A program made the translations under genes and the position numbers. This document shows, piece after piece, positions 31,564 to 45,366 of a stretch of DNA of 64,000 bases. The stretch's first letter is position 1; each line of letters opens with the position of its first letter. Location: positions 25,978,001-26,042,000 of the forward strand of contig OZ024752.1 in the NCBI GenBank assembly GCA_964016885.1, read 5' to 3'. The notes under the pieces are model-generated. The model was not told where the DNA came from and did no database searches. It worked only from the letters and a program-made list of their open reading frames with translations. This DNA comes from Eledone cirrhosa (lineage: Eukaryota).

Positions 31564-31882
31564 GCACACACACACACATCTATATATATATATATATAAA
31601 ACACACACGTACACATGAGTAAACATACATTTACATACATTTGCATGAATGCATGTTTACATATCTACAAAGGTAAACGGACACACACACACACACACAC
31701 AGATAATATAATCCTTTCCTTATATGATATGGACTGAACAGGATGTGAAAAACCTGATAATATAGACATGCCTGTTACGTGACTGGTCATCAGGTGATGA
31801 TTGTTTACAACATCGGTGATATGTACGTAATATGTCGCAATTGCTGCAAGCCTGCTTTGCGCTGAACTGCGCATATATATGC

Positions 31883-31957
<75 letters not shown>

Positions 31958-32012
31958 CACACACACACAGACAGACACACACACAAACACAAACATATAT
32001 ATATATATATTA

Positions 32013-32220
32013 ATAATTGTTTCTACTTTAGGCACAAGGCCAGCAATTACCTAGTACATTACTGGTACTTTATTTTATCGACCCTGTAAGGATGAAAGGC
32101 AAAGTCAACCGCGGCGGGATTTGAACTCAGATCATAAAGGGACGTAACTATGCTGGAAAGCATGGCGTCCGACCCTAATAATAATTGTTTCCACTTTAGG
32201 CACAAGGCCAGCAATTACCC
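32013..32220 (-). mobile_element. SINE family 1 copy plus fragment
   Basis: Same core sequence as the other family 1 copies. Confidence 0.85.
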
Positions 32221-32288
32221 ACCCTAATAATAATAACTGTGAAGACTAGAAGAGGGCTCGATAAGGATAAATATATAAGAACCGTTCG

Positions 32289-32336
<48 letters not shown>

Positions 32337-32422
32337 ATAATAATAAAATTGAAGTAGTTTCAGAAGATCCCGTTAAGGGTGAAAGCAGCGATTCTTTGCT
32401 TAAACTTTAATCTGTTATTTTA

Positions 32423-32565
<143 letters not shown>

Positions 32566-32688
32566 GGAGGTGAGTTTTATTGTAGTACAATAAAGCAATG
32601 CAGATATCGGATAAGAAGCACTCTACAGTTTGTGGGACTGGAGTATGCATAATATAAGATCAAAAGATGGTTAAAGGAGTTCCATATA

Positions 32689-32755
32689 TTTTATTATGCG
32701 CATTTCAAAAACAAACATCATCAAGCAATAATATTTGTGTTTTCATCAGATAAAA
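32689..32755 (-). ncRNA. Minimal type I hammerhead (inverted copy)
   Basis: Reverse complement of 32889-32955. Confidence 0.8.
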
Positions 32756-32888
32756 CAGGAGAACATGATATGAAGGCTAAAAAACACTTGTTGATAGTGC
32801 AGTTTTAAATCAACATTAAATCAACATATGTTGATTTAAAACTGCACTATCAACAAGTGTTTTTTAGCCTTCATATCATGTTCTCCTG

Positions 32889-32955
32889 TTTTATCTGATG
32901 AAAACACAAATATTATTGCTTGATGATGTTTGTTTTTGAAATGCGCATAATAAAA
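32889..32955 (+). ncRNA. Minimal type I hammerhead ribozyme
   Basis: UUUUAU-CUGAUGA-(long stem II)-GAAA-UGCGCA-UA-AUAAAA: palindromic stem III, 6-bp stem I. Confidence 0.82.
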
Positions 32956-32987
32956 TATATGGAACTCCTTTAACCATCTTTTGATCT

Positions 32988-33017
<30 letters not shown>

Positions 33018-33018
<1 letters not shown>

Positions 33019-34115
33019 GTAATAATAATAAAATTGAAGACTAAAATCCAAAGAGGGCTCGATAAGGAAAATATATATCAAATATATAAGAACCGTAGAG
33101 CAAATATTTATTAAAATACTATACATGGATATTTTACGTCTTGATGTGGGAGCTAAGTATATGTTTTGTTTAATCCTTTACTTATTTGCATAGGTAAGTA
33201 TATATTACCCGTATGTTTTGTGATGGTATGTATACCTTCTCGTACGTATATTTGACTGTCATGGCGTATAATTTTTACATATTCTGGTATTTAGGGTTTG
33301 GCTATGTGTATACGGGAGTTTTGCGTCTGCGTGAGTATGCAGGTTCGTACGTATGATGGGTGTGTGTATATGTGTACTTCTTGTTTTAGTTGACTTACGT
33401 CTCCGAACATTCGTGTATTTATTTGTAGGTATGTGTGTGCGCTTGTTATATACGTATTTATTTACTTATATACGTTTATATAATTATTTATTTATTTGTA
33501 CACAAGCATACACACACACACATATTTATATGTGCGTGGTTTTGTATACCTATGGTAAGGTTTTGCGTATGCTTGTGTATGTACGTATCTGTTTGCGTGT
33601 ATGTATTTATTTGTTTCTATTACTTCTGTATTGTATTTATTTACTTTGTTCTTAACTCTGTAGCGGAGATTCATTTGGTCTCCTAGTTAGAATTTTAGTC
33701 TACAACTTCTGCTATACCATTTACGTGGTTTTGTCTTTGCGTGCTATTGTTCTCCACGCTCCACATATGACGTATTATCTTCGTTGTTTTCGTTCATTGC
33801 CAGAGAACGTCTCTATGAACCACCTAAGAGAACATTAGTCTACGACCTCTTTTATACCATAAACGTGGTTCTGTCTTTGCGCGTAATTGTTTTTCACCGC
33901 TCCTATGAATGACGTATCTTATTCATTTTTTCCCGTTCTTTGCCAGCGAACGTTACCACGAACCAAAGTATCGTCTTCCTGTCTTCCTCCGGTTGCAACG
34001 TTTTTTGAAATATCCAGTTCTGCGTTTACAGATTGACTTCGTTAGTTTCAGAAGATCCCGTTAAGGGTGAAAGCAGCGATTCTTTGCTTAAACTTTAATC
34101 TGTTATTTTAATAAA
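33018..34115 (+). mobile_element. Hammerhead family C element: reversed tail plus ~1-kb non-coding forward body
   Basis: Reversed tail and 3' end at 33018-33118, then a forward body ending in the hammerhead and (TA)n. Shorter copies at 32225-32428 and 38592-38720. Confidence 0.8.
34044..34094 (+). ncRNA. Hammerhead-like motif with non-canonical CAGAAGA core
   Basis: AGUUU-CAGAAGA-uCCCguuaaGGGu-GAAA-GCA gcgauucuu UGC-UU-AAACU; same core in the copies at ~30790-30840 (-) and ~32356-32406. Confidence 0.6.
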
Positions 34116-34125
34116 TATATATATA

Positions 34126-35078
34126 TACTAGCAGTAAAGCCCGGCGTTGCTCGGGGTCGCTCAGTAGCTGTGTTAAAGTTACAATGTTAAGTTTCTTTTT
34201 TGACTTAAAAACTGTAGTGTCTACTGTGCAGACTTGCATGTGGTGTTTTTGATTAATATTCCCTCAACCAACAATATGCCTTATGAAGTTAAGAAAACAT
34301 AACGATAACCCGAATGTTATAACAAAAGAGGATGCTGGGGATAGAAACTGCACTGGTTATTTATTAACAAAGATCGAAAATGTAAACACTGCAACGCAGA
34401 GAAAAACATTAGCGTAACCAAATTATCAGTTATGTCTGTCTGCACGCCTATATCACCTCTCTGCACGACTATCTGTCTGCACGCCTATATCACCTCTCTG
34501 CACGACTATCTGTCTGCACGCCTATATCACCTCTCTGCACGACTGTCTGTCTGCACGCCTATATCACCTCTCTGCACGACTATCTGTCTGCACGCGTATA
34601 TCACCTCTCTGCACGACTGTCTGTCTGCACGACTGTCTGTCTGCACGCCTAACGACGAAATATTTGCTTGTTTTACGTAGTCTTTAAATAGACTTGTTTT
34701 CAAGTAAAAATATTGTTTTAAAATGCTTTTAAATGGAAATGAAGCAAAACGGAAGCTTAGTGTTCGAACTGATGAATTTTGCAGGTCAATATTTTGCTGG
34801 CTCGACAACTGTTAAAGCCAGCGTAATTTTTTACGTAAGACGCTCAATGTAAACAGAACAAAGGGAAATAACTGATAACTTACGCTCAAAAATCGATACA
34901 TTATATTCGATTTCGTCACATAGGGTGGGTCAATTTGAAATTTTTTTTCCGATGTCTTCGCTAGGGCTCAATGTACAAGTATAGCAATTTCGGTGCAATT
35001 CCGTGAGAGATTCTAAGAGGAGATGTGTGCCAAAAATTGATAGACAGACAGACAACCACAGTTTTATATATATAGATA
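34126..35078. mobile_element. Helitron/Helentron-like non-autonomous element with internal 37-bp minisatellite
   Basis: Begins tactagcagtaaagcccggcgttgctcgggg (subterminal hairpin) and ends gacagacagac...ttttatatatatagat; assignment is by resemblance to HINE/Lep1-type termini. Confidence 0.5.
34435..34650. repeat. 37-bp minisatellite (tctgtctgcacgcctatatcacctctctgcacgacta), ~5.5 copies
   Basis: Direct tandem copies. Confidence 0.9.
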
Positions 35079-35330
35079 TATATATAGATATATATATATA
35101 TATATATATAACGAATGGAGGCACATGGCTTACTGGTTAGAGCATTGGCCTTGCAATGAGATGTGCAAAGTGGTCGTGGAGGTGCCACGGCAAAAAAGCA
35201 CCCAGCACTCACTGTAAATGAGGTTGGTGTTAGGAAGTGCATCCAGCTGTAGAAATCAAGCCAGAATCAGTTCCCTCCCACCTTTGCAAGCAGGGAAAAA
35301 GCGGACGTAAAATGAAATGATGATGATGAT

Positions 35331-35654
35331 GAACGAAGGAGTTGTGGCAAGGAACCAGATGGTAAGGAACCAGATGCACCAGAGTACTCAGTACTTAGGG
35401 TAATAGAGTGGGTAATAGGAAAATATTTGACCCCGACGGCAGAGCTCAAGTCGTTTCGACGGCTATTTCTGGACTAAATTAGAATTTTTAACCTAGTAAA
35501 TAAATAGCCGAACTTTAAAAGGGGTACTTTCTTATATGGGAAGGAAGTACCCTTTGAAAAGTTCGGCTATTTATTTACCAGGCTAAAAAATTTAATTTAG
35601 TTCAGAAATAGCCGTTGAAACGACTTGAGCTCTGCCGTCGGGGTCAAACAATTT

Positions 35655-35659
<5 letters not shown>
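35331..35659. mobile_element. Longest family A fold-back copy, with complete hammerheads in both arms
   Basis: Arms ~35416-35532 and ~35543-35659; left tail ~85 nt. Confidence 0.85.
35549..35644 (+). ncRNA. Type I hammerhead with U3:A8 core variant (UUGAAAA)
   Basis: ACCCU-UUGAAAA-..CGGCUAUUU...AAAUAGCCG..-GAAAC-G(G/A)C uugagcucu GCC-GUC-GGGGU. Confidence 0.72.
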
Positions 35660-35715
<56 letters not shown>

Positions 35716-36066
35716 GAGGGTGTGGTAAAATAACAGGTGGACCATAACCCACCAAAGTACTCGATACTTGGGGTAGTAAAGTGAGTAATAGGAAAAGGGT
35801 CAGAGACGCCGACGACTGACCTCCGGCCATTTCGACTAGATCCTAACTAAGCCACCAGTAGCTTAATTCGGATCTGGCTGTCGAAACAGCTGGAGCTCAG
35901 CCGTCGGGGTCCTGACTCTTTTCATATATATATATATATATAGGTATTATTGACATTTGGTGTATATATGTATATATATATATATATCAAAATTAAAATT
36001 AAAATGTTGAGTTAAAAACTCACAATATTCCCTTATCATCACATTAAAGAGAGAAACACACACACT

Positions 36067-36150
<84 letters not shown>

Positions 36151-36167
36151 CACATGTGTGTGTTGCT

Positions 36168-36293
36168 CTCTTGTCGAAACGGCTTGAACTCTGCCGTCCG
36201 GGTCATACTTTTTCCTATTACCCGCTCTACTACCCTAAGTATTGAGTACTCTGGTGCGTTAGGGTCCATCTGGTTCCTCACTACAACTCCTTC

Positions 36294-36342
<49 letters not shown>

Positions 36343-36535
36343 ATATAACGAAGGAAATGTGGTAAGGAACCAGGTGGACCATAATGCACCAAAGTACTCA
36401 ATACTTAGGGTAGTAGAGTGGGTGATAGGAACGAGTAGGACCCCGACGGCTGAGCTCAAGCCGTTTCGACGGCTAATTCTGGACAGAATTACCCGTCGAA
36501 ACGGCTTGAGCTCAGCCGTCGGGGTCCTACTCGTT

Positions 36536-36540
<5 letters not shown>
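36168..36540. mobile_element. Two family A copies flanking a (TA)n tract
   Basis: 36168-36297 is forward with tail; 36347-36540 is a fold-back copy. Confidence 0.85.
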
Positions 36541-36572
<32 letters not shown>

Positions 36573-36605
36573 GAAAGGTATATATATATATATATATGCG
36601 TGTGT

Positions 36606-36652
<47 letters not shown>

Positions 36653-36658
36653 TGTGTA

Positions 36659-36743
<85 letters not shown>

Positions 36744-37144
36744 CTGCATGGTTGTTCGCTTAAGATCACATGACATCCGGGTTATTTGGAGTTCGATCCC
36801 ATTACATGCATGGCACCATGAGTATGTACTTACTATAGCCTCTCAGATGATAAAGATGACCATGACGTTTTTGATAATGACGACGATGACGATAATAATA
36901 ATGATGATAATAAGGACGGTGATGATGAAAACATTCTAGAGAAACTAACATTTCTCAACAAATTAACTCAATTTCTTGCCACTAGTAAGCAGCTATGAAA
37001 TGAATAAATACAGAATTTGAATATAGCAATAAATAAATAAATATTTCTGTAAGTCTTTGATGTATAATCGCATCCAATTAGTTGGAAGTAATATATATAT
37101 GTACATATACACTCACATATTTATATACATATACATACATACAT

Positions 37145-37209
<65 letters not shown>

Positions 37210-37337
37210 GTGTGTGACTTTGTGTGTATATATCTGTGTGTGTGTTCGTGATTATGTATGTATGTGTATATATAAATATATATATATATATACGCACACA
37301 CATATACAAACACACATACCCACACACACACACACAC

Positions 37338-37369
<32 letters not shown>

Positions 37370-38078
37370 TCACATACAAACAAACACACCCACATATATA
37401 CACACACGCACATACACACACACATATATATGTGTGTATCTGAATGGTTTTTTAATTCGACATAGCTTCCGGTAAGTATATTGTCGTAAAGGTTTTTCTG
37501 TACACCATTATTACCGCCATTCTCCAGTTTGGTATGTATGTAGTTAAGGCAAGTGTCTTAGTGATTAGGGTTTTCAGTTCATGATTGTAATGTCTTGATT
37601 TCGATTCCCCGCAGTCACTTGTATCCTTGAGCAAGTCACTTTACTTCACACTGCTTCAACTCACACAATTTGTACTTATAATTCAACGGCCAGACTTGCC
37701 AGCATTAGCGTTGTATAACATATGCTTCTTTATTTGTATTTAAACAGCTGTCTGACGACAACTTATGACGACAACTTATGTAAACCGTCGTATAGAGACC
37801 TTTTGATGCTTTTGAAATGTGCATAACATAACGGGTATGATATAATGAAATAAACTGAGGTTGAATATGTGTGATACCGTCTCTCTTAATGTATATATAT
37901 ATAGCCGATGATCTCTGTCCTTCGAGGTAATATTTTACCCAACGCCGTCTCGATGTTATTATGTTGTTCTAACAGCTTCCAGACGCCGAGTTTTCATATT
38001 TTCCTGAGAAACCTAATACACTCGCGTCTCAAAACTATATTTTTGAGTTAAATTTGTTTATATATAGATATATATATA

Positions 38079-38317
38079 AGGATTAAAATACTGGAGCGTG
38101 TTGGAGTTAAACACCCTCTTCGTATTATAGAAATGACAGTAAAAGGTATAGCTCAATGTAATTAAACAGAGCCGAAGAATTATGAAAATAAAACAAAGAA
38201 GCCTTCAATACATCAAAAGTCTTTATTAGCCAACAATGTTTCGTCCTATTAATAGGACGAAACATTGTTGGCTAATAAAGACTTTTGATGTATTGAAGGC
38301 TTCTTTGTTTTATTTTC

Positions 38318-38321
<4 letters not shown>
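38079..38321. mobile_element. Fold-back element turning at hammerhead stem II
   Basis: Perfect palindrome 38180-38321 centred on gtttcgtcctattaataggacgaaac; ~100-nt left tail. Confidence 0.82.
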
Positions 38322-38374
<53 letters not shown>

Positions 38375-38737
38375 GGAAATCAGTAAAATCGAATCTCTGG
38401 CGATTTGCAAGTGAATACTTATATGAAATACTTATATGAAATAATGAGTTAGCAAAGCACTCGATAAGATAGGTCCTTAGGTTGAGAACCTGATTAGTTC
38501 TATCGTTGCTCTGGTATATATATTGTGTGTTAGTTTAGCCTACCACAATGTTCGATTTGTCAAGCTATTTAAACGTATATATATATATAATAGTAATAAT
38601 AATAAATGTGAAGACTAAAATCCAAAGAAGGCTCGATATGCATAGATGTATATCAAATATATAAAAACCCTAGAGCAAATATTTATTAATAAGCTTAAAC
38701 TTTAATCTATTATTTTAATATATATATATATATATAT

Positions 38738-38940
38738 AAACAAAGAAAGTGTGGTAAGGAACCAGGTGGACCATAACGCACCAGAGTACTCGATACTTAG
38801 GGTAGTAGAGTGGGTAATAGGAAAAGAGTCAGGACCCCGACGGCAGAGCTCTGGCAGTTTCGACAGCTAGATCCGAACTGTTCGGATCTAGCTGTCGAAA
38901 CGGCCGGAGCTCTGCCGTCGGGGTCCTGACTCTTTTCCTA
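38738..38940. mobile_element. Family A (subfamily) fold-back copy
   Basis: Arms inverted around ~38879; left tail. Confidence 0.85.
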
Positions 38941-39499
38941 TATATATATATACGAGAGAATACACGAAGAGAAGGTGTTTTTATTACAGGGAGTATATTA
39001 CTACTAGAGTGAAAAACATAAAAACTGCGAAAGGTACAGGAAATTGCCTTGAGCTCATTAAATTACAGGGATTAACGCGAGTCCTTTACTCCGTTGCTTC
39101 AATTGATATATATATATAGAGAGAGAGAGGGAGAGAGGGGGGGAGAAAGAGAGAGAGAGATAGAGAGAGAGAGAGTGTGTGTATATATATATATAAGAGT
39201 GATTTGATCAGAGACACACACTGTATTTAAGGTCAAGTGACACAAGGTTCTTAGACCAGCGGCTTTTAGACACTCCTGATCAATGAAACAATTGTTAATA
39301 CTATAAATAAAACCCTTTTTGTACAGCCGACCACTCTTTCACTATTATTACTCCAAGAATCACCTGCATAGGTATTCTCGTAAACTCGCACCTAAAGAAA
39401 CTTCTTGTTGAGTCAAACAACGCCGTACGTTAAAATGATCCATAGTACAGAGTACTCACAACATCTAACTGGATTACCTTGAACGATACCTTTTTATCC

Positions 39500-39531
<32 letters not shown>

Positions 39532-39534
<3 letters not shown>

Positions 39535-39753
39535 CGAAGGAATTGTGGTAAGGAACCAGATGGACCATAACGCACCAGAGTACTCAATACTTAGTGTAGT
39601 AGATTGGGTAATAGGAACAAGTATGACCCCGACGGCACAGCTCAAGCCGTTTCGACGGCTATATCTTGATTTTTACCAGGCTAAATTTTCTAATTTAGTC
39701 CAGATATAGCCGTCGAAACGGCTTGAGCTCTGCCGTCGGGTCATACTTTTTCC

Positions 39754-39754
<1 letters not shown>
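39532..39754. mobile_element. Family A fold-back copy
   Basis: Inversion junction at the 5' strand of stem II (cggctatatct|tgatttttaccagg). Confidence 0.85.
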
Positions 39755-39816
<62 letters not shown>

Positions 39817-40814
39817 TGGTGTGTGTGTGTGTGAGAGAGAGAGATAGTGTGTGTGTGAGAGAGAGAGAGAAAGACATGAATATATAATACAGTATACATT
39901 TTAACGGTGACTAAGTTTTTAATCTATACATAAGAAACAATTCCAATTGAAAAATATATACATGTATACAGACCAACAGACAAACAGACACGTGTATGAG
40001 TGTGTATGTGTATATGTGTGAGCGTGTATATGTGCGTGTTTATATACATGTGTGTGTGTGCGCATGTACGTGCGTATTTATATGCGAGTGTATGTGTGTG
40101 TGTGCGTGCATATGTGCATGTGTATATGTGTGTATACGTGTGTGTGCGTGCGTGTATATGTGCGTGTGTATATGCGTGTGTATGTGTGTGTGCGTGTATA
40201 TGTACGTGTGTATATGCGTGTGCACGTGTGTGTGTGCGTGTATATGTGCATGTGTATATGCGTGTGTACGTGTGTGTGTGCGTGTATATGTGCGTGTGTA
40301 TATGCGTGTGTACGTGTGTGTGTGCGTGTATATGTGCGTGTGTATATGCGTGTGTGCGTGTGTGTGTGCGTGTATATGTGCGTGTGTGTATGTGCGTCTG
40401 TACGTGTGTGTGTGTGCGTGTGCGTGTACATGAGCGTGTATATATGCATGTGTACGTGTATGTGTGTGTCTATTTAAAGCCAGATGCGTGTATACATGCA
40501 TATGCACAGTCAAACAAAGGTATATCTATACACACATGGCGGATTTACTGATGAATATTCCTTGTTAAAATGTCAGTAAGATTGCAAGCATAATAGACCG
40601 GACATTGTCGTCTTGAACTGACAAATTAGAAAAAAATAAGCGCCATTGTTGTAAAGGTTATTTGTTTTGCACCGTTGATGTGCTATTTCACTGCATGTCA
40701 ATTACTGAAGAAGTATGTTGGAAATAATAAGATAAATATAGTCACTCATAAACTTTATAACTTACTGCTAACTTCTAATAATTGAACCGCCTTTCAGCAA
40801 TTCTTATTCAGAAT

Positions 40815-41485
40815 TATCTGGTAGTATCGGTAGAGCATCAGACACCATGCTTTGCAGCATAGCGTTATCGCCCTTTACGTTCTGAGTTCAAATCCCGCCG
40901 AGGTTAGCTTTGCCTTTTATCCTTACGAGGTCGATAAAATAAAGCACCAGTAATGTACTGGGGTCGATTTAATCGACTTCCCCTTCCCCTTCAAATTGCT
41001 GGCCTTGTGCCTAAAGTAGAAACAATTAAGTCATCTAGGGTGGTAGATTGCTAGTATCAGTAGTGTGTCTGATAAATGATTTGCAGAACTTGTTTTGGCT
41101 CTTTACATTCTGACTTCAAATCCTGATGAGGTCAACTTTGCTTTTCGTCTGTACGGGGTCGATACAATAACGTACCGGTCAAATACTGGAGTCGATATAA
41201 TCAACTCGCCCCTTCCCTCAGATTGTTAGCCTTGTGTCAATGCCAGCAAGACTTATTAATTGGTCTTAAAATAAAATACTAGTCATGTACTGAGGTCGAT
41301 ATAATTGATTTAGTCTCTCTTCAAAATACTGGCCTTATACTACATAGATTAGAAACTTTAACAAAATGCGGTGGAATGATAGAATCTGTAGAGCGTCGGA
41401 CAAAATGCTTTGCAGTATTTAGTTACGACTTCCATCGTTTTGAGTTCAAATCTCGGTGTGGTCAACTTTACTGTTCATCCTTCTG
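40815..41485 (+). mobile_element. Cluster of 3-4 older SINE family 1 copies
   Basis: ctgagttcaaatcccgccgaggttagctttgcc...gtcgataaaataaagcaccag repeated with divergence. Confidence 0.8.
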
Positions 41486-42152
41486 GCAGACGCGAAATCG
41501 ATTTTGGTAGTGGTGGTGGATACTACCCTAAGTATCGAGTACTCTGGTGCGTTATGGTCCACCTGGTTCCTTACCACACTTTCTTTGTTTATATATATAT
41601 ATAACAAGAGGCGGAATTTGAGCCCAGAACGCAAAGACCTGGAGTTATCATCCAGCACTTTTACAACTCTGTCAAATTGACCGCCTTATGGCTACCGACT
41701 CCAGCACTTCCAACAACATCACCACCACCACTATCAACAACAACAACGTAACCACCAACAACAATACCACTACCAACAATAACATCACTACCACTACCAC
41801 CACCACCACCATCAACAATAACAACACCAACACACCACCACCATCATCAACAACAACAACACCAACACCAACACCATCAACAACAACACCACCACTACCA
41901 TCAACAACACCACCACCACCACTACCATCAACAAGAACACCACTATCACCACCACCACCACCATCAACGACACCACTACCACCACCACCACCACCATCAA
42001 TACCACTATCATCAAGCAACCATCAACCAAACCAGCAAGCTGTCACACGTTACTAGGCAACAGCAAACTATCCAGATATTCACGAAAGATTTTCAACAGA
42101 AATAAAAATTTGATAGAAAAACTGAAAATAAAGAAACAAAAGAAAGGAAAAC

Positions 42153-42198
<46 letters not shown>

Positions 42199-42256
42199 AG
42201 GGAGAAGAGAGAAATGTATAGATGGATTAGAGAGAGAGATAGAGAAAAAGATAGAG

Positions 42257-42383
<127 letters not shown>

Positions 42384-42562
42384 AATAGATAGACGGATAG
42401 AAGAAACTGAATTGAAATAAAGAAAGAATTTGAAAATAAATAGTTGAAGACGAAGCTAAGATGGAGGGACAAAGTCTAGAGGAAAAATAGGGGAGAAGTG
42501 AAAAAAAGATAAATAGTAACTGTGACAAAATAATTAGTGCTTGCTCATTTGTCATTCCTTCA

Positions 42563-42668
42563 TATATTTCCGGGCGTCGAAGACGCTACTTTTTTCCTAA
42601 AATAATTCTCAAAAATCTACCAATGCGTCCTGGAGGCCGAAGCGTCTTCGGCGCCGGGAAATACGGTA
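42563..42668. mobile_element. MITE related to 25785-25957
   Basis: tatttccgggcgtcgaagacg ... cgtcttcggcgccgggaaatacggta. Confidence 0.65.
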
Positions 42669-43352
42669 ATTCTAATGTATACACGTGGCTGTGGAATACT
42701 CAGTCACTTAATTTCATGAGTAGGCTGTTCCGTTGATCGGTAAACTGGATTAATCAACGCAGATCCTTTCATTTAATATGTGCTTATTTGTGTGTGTGAC
42801 AGAGAGAGAGATTGTGTATGTGTGTATGTATATACATATATATGTGTGTGTATGAATGTGTGTGCATGTGAGTGAGTGTGTGTGTGTGAGTTTGTGTGTG
42901 AGTTACTGCGTGTTTGTGTGCGTGTGTGAGTTTCTGCGTGAGGTTCTGTGTATCTGTGAGTGTGTGTTTGTGTGCGTGTGTGTGTGTGCGGGTGTTTGTG
43001 AGTGTGTGTAGATATGTGTGTGTGTGTATTTGTGCGTATGCGCGTGTATGTTTAAGTGTTTGTCAGTGTGCGTGTGTCTGTATGTAAGTGTGAGTGTGTG
43101 TGTGTAAGAAATTGAGATACAGAGAGAGAGTTTTTTTGTGTGTCTGAATGTAAGTGTGAGTGTGTGTGTAAGAGATAGAGATAGAGAGAGTGTGTGTGTG
43201 TATATATATGTGTGTGTCTGTAAGTCTATTCATTCTGTTGGGTATTTGAGATACTAACATCAAATAAATATAAACGACCAATCACCATCAAGTACGTTTG
43301 TTGTTTTTTTCGTTTTTTTTCTTAGAGAGTAAGGAAGAGAATCCTCACAAAT

Positions 43353-43750
43353 TAATTGTTTCTACTTTTTGGCACAAGGCCAGCATTACTGGTACTTTAA
43401 TTTATCGACCCCGTAAGGATGAAAGGCAAAGTTAACCTAGGCGGGATTTGAACTCAGAATGGCAAGGGCCGTAACTCTATGCGTCAAAGCCTGGCGTCCG
43501 ACCCTCTACCGATACTGCCAATCACAAATTAATGGTTTCTTATATAGGCACAAGGCCAGCAATTTTGGGGAGGGCAAGTCGATAAAATCGACACCAGTAC
43601 GTGACTGGTACTTTATTTTATCGACCCCGTAAGGATGAAAGGCAAAGTTAACCTCGGCGGAATTTGAACTCAGATCGTAAAGGGCCGTAACTCTATGCTG
43701 CAAAACAAGGTGTCCGACGCTCTACCGATACTGCCAATCCACCACCCTAA
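43353..43750 (-). mobile_element. Two tandem SINE family 1 copies
   Basis: Same core sequence as the other family 1 copies. Confidence 0.88.
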
Positions 43751-43975
43751 TCCTCACAAATTAATAACAAATCTATATTGTTTTAACATAATTTAGCCTC
43801 ACAAAACCATCACACAACTCTTCAGGTTCGATTCACCACAGACTTCTCTGTCCCCCGCAATCTTATCGTCACCAGGCGTATTTTACCAAGTTTATTAATT
43901 TCTTATATATATAACTATGAAATTTTACTAGAGTTATCTGGATAGCTGTGACTATATTTCCAAAACACGCACACC

Positions 43976-44021
<46 letters not shown>

Positions 44022-44088
44022 TATAAGTATATATAAGTATATACATGTATATATATATGTGTGTGTGTGTGTGTTTATATATGTTTAA

Positions 44089-44120
<32 letters not shown>

Positions 44121-44470
44121 TCACACACATTCTCACATTGGCCTTTTATTTATATGGACACATAACAGACACACAAAGATATGCACACGTGCATACACGT
44201 GTATGTGTTCATCCACACACACGCGCGCGCGCACACACACAATGAGAATAGTTCATTTCAATATGGCTGTCAAAGGTATGTCCTTTTGCTTTCTTTACAC
44301 ATCTTCCTTCCATTGACCGCAGTAAACACGCAATCACGCACACACACATACACGCACACAGACATACAAACAGATAAATACATGAGGGTATACAATTATA
44401 TATATACATTTGCATGCATATGTGCGTGTATGTGTCTGTGCGTATATATGTATATCTATATCTATATCTA

Positions 44471-44506
<36 letters not shown>

Positions 44507-44634
44507 AAAGTTTTATTTAAAATTGTAGGGTTACAACGAGTAAATATTTTATAATTGATATAAAAGCACTCAACAGGTTTTGGAGTAGGATTACGATATT
44601 AAACAAATGGAAACTATATTTATAAAACCATATT

Positions 44635-44700
44635 TATTTCATTATATATATTTCAGGGATACCATATTAAAAATATGGTATGCCTTCCTCAGACAAAATA
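44635..44700 (-). ncRNA. Minimal hammerhead (inverted pLTR copy)
   Basis: Reverse complement of 47379-47444. Confidence 0.78.
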
Positions 44701-45366
44701 CAATATTTAAACCCTTTTATAAATAAATTTGACATACCTAGAACAGTGCAACTTCCATTTAAAAAGTTGATTTGGTAGTGAAAATGTTGAGGACAGTTAA
44801 AAAGAAGGACGAAGAGAGAAAAAAAAAAGAGAAGAAGAAAGAAAGTGTATAGTGCTAAGGACAGTTAGAGAAGAAGATGAAGAGATGTATGTAAAGAAAA
44901 CAACAGAGCGAGATAGAGAGAAAGAGATATGGGAGAGAGAAATATATTGAGGAAGTGAAAAATGATAGGCAGCTTGGAGACAGATGATCAGCGTACAAAT
45001 GAGATATTAAGGAGGGAAGGGGGTACTGTAATTATTTATTTATTTATTTATTTAGTTATAGTGTTAAGGATACGGAGAGAAATAAGATAAATAAAGAGAG
45101 GTAGAGAGAGATATATGTGGTGGGAGAAAAGAGGTAGATCGAGTAATATCTATCATACGAGGTGGGAGAGATACAGTTAAAAACAGCCGATATATAAGTC
45201 CCGTCAAGTGTAGAGGAGAAAAAGAAAGAAAGATGATATATTTAAAATATTATGTCTCGTCCATTTGAATTATCAATTCATATGAATTAGGTATTACAAT
45301 GTAGATATCAATATTCATGAATGAGACGCATATCAATAATGTGTGAAAAAATGAAAAAATAATGAC

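Noticed and set aside
40586-40620. KHNRPDIVVLN, resembling an RLE PD motif
   Set aside because: Too short and immediately followed by a stop; cannot be supported.
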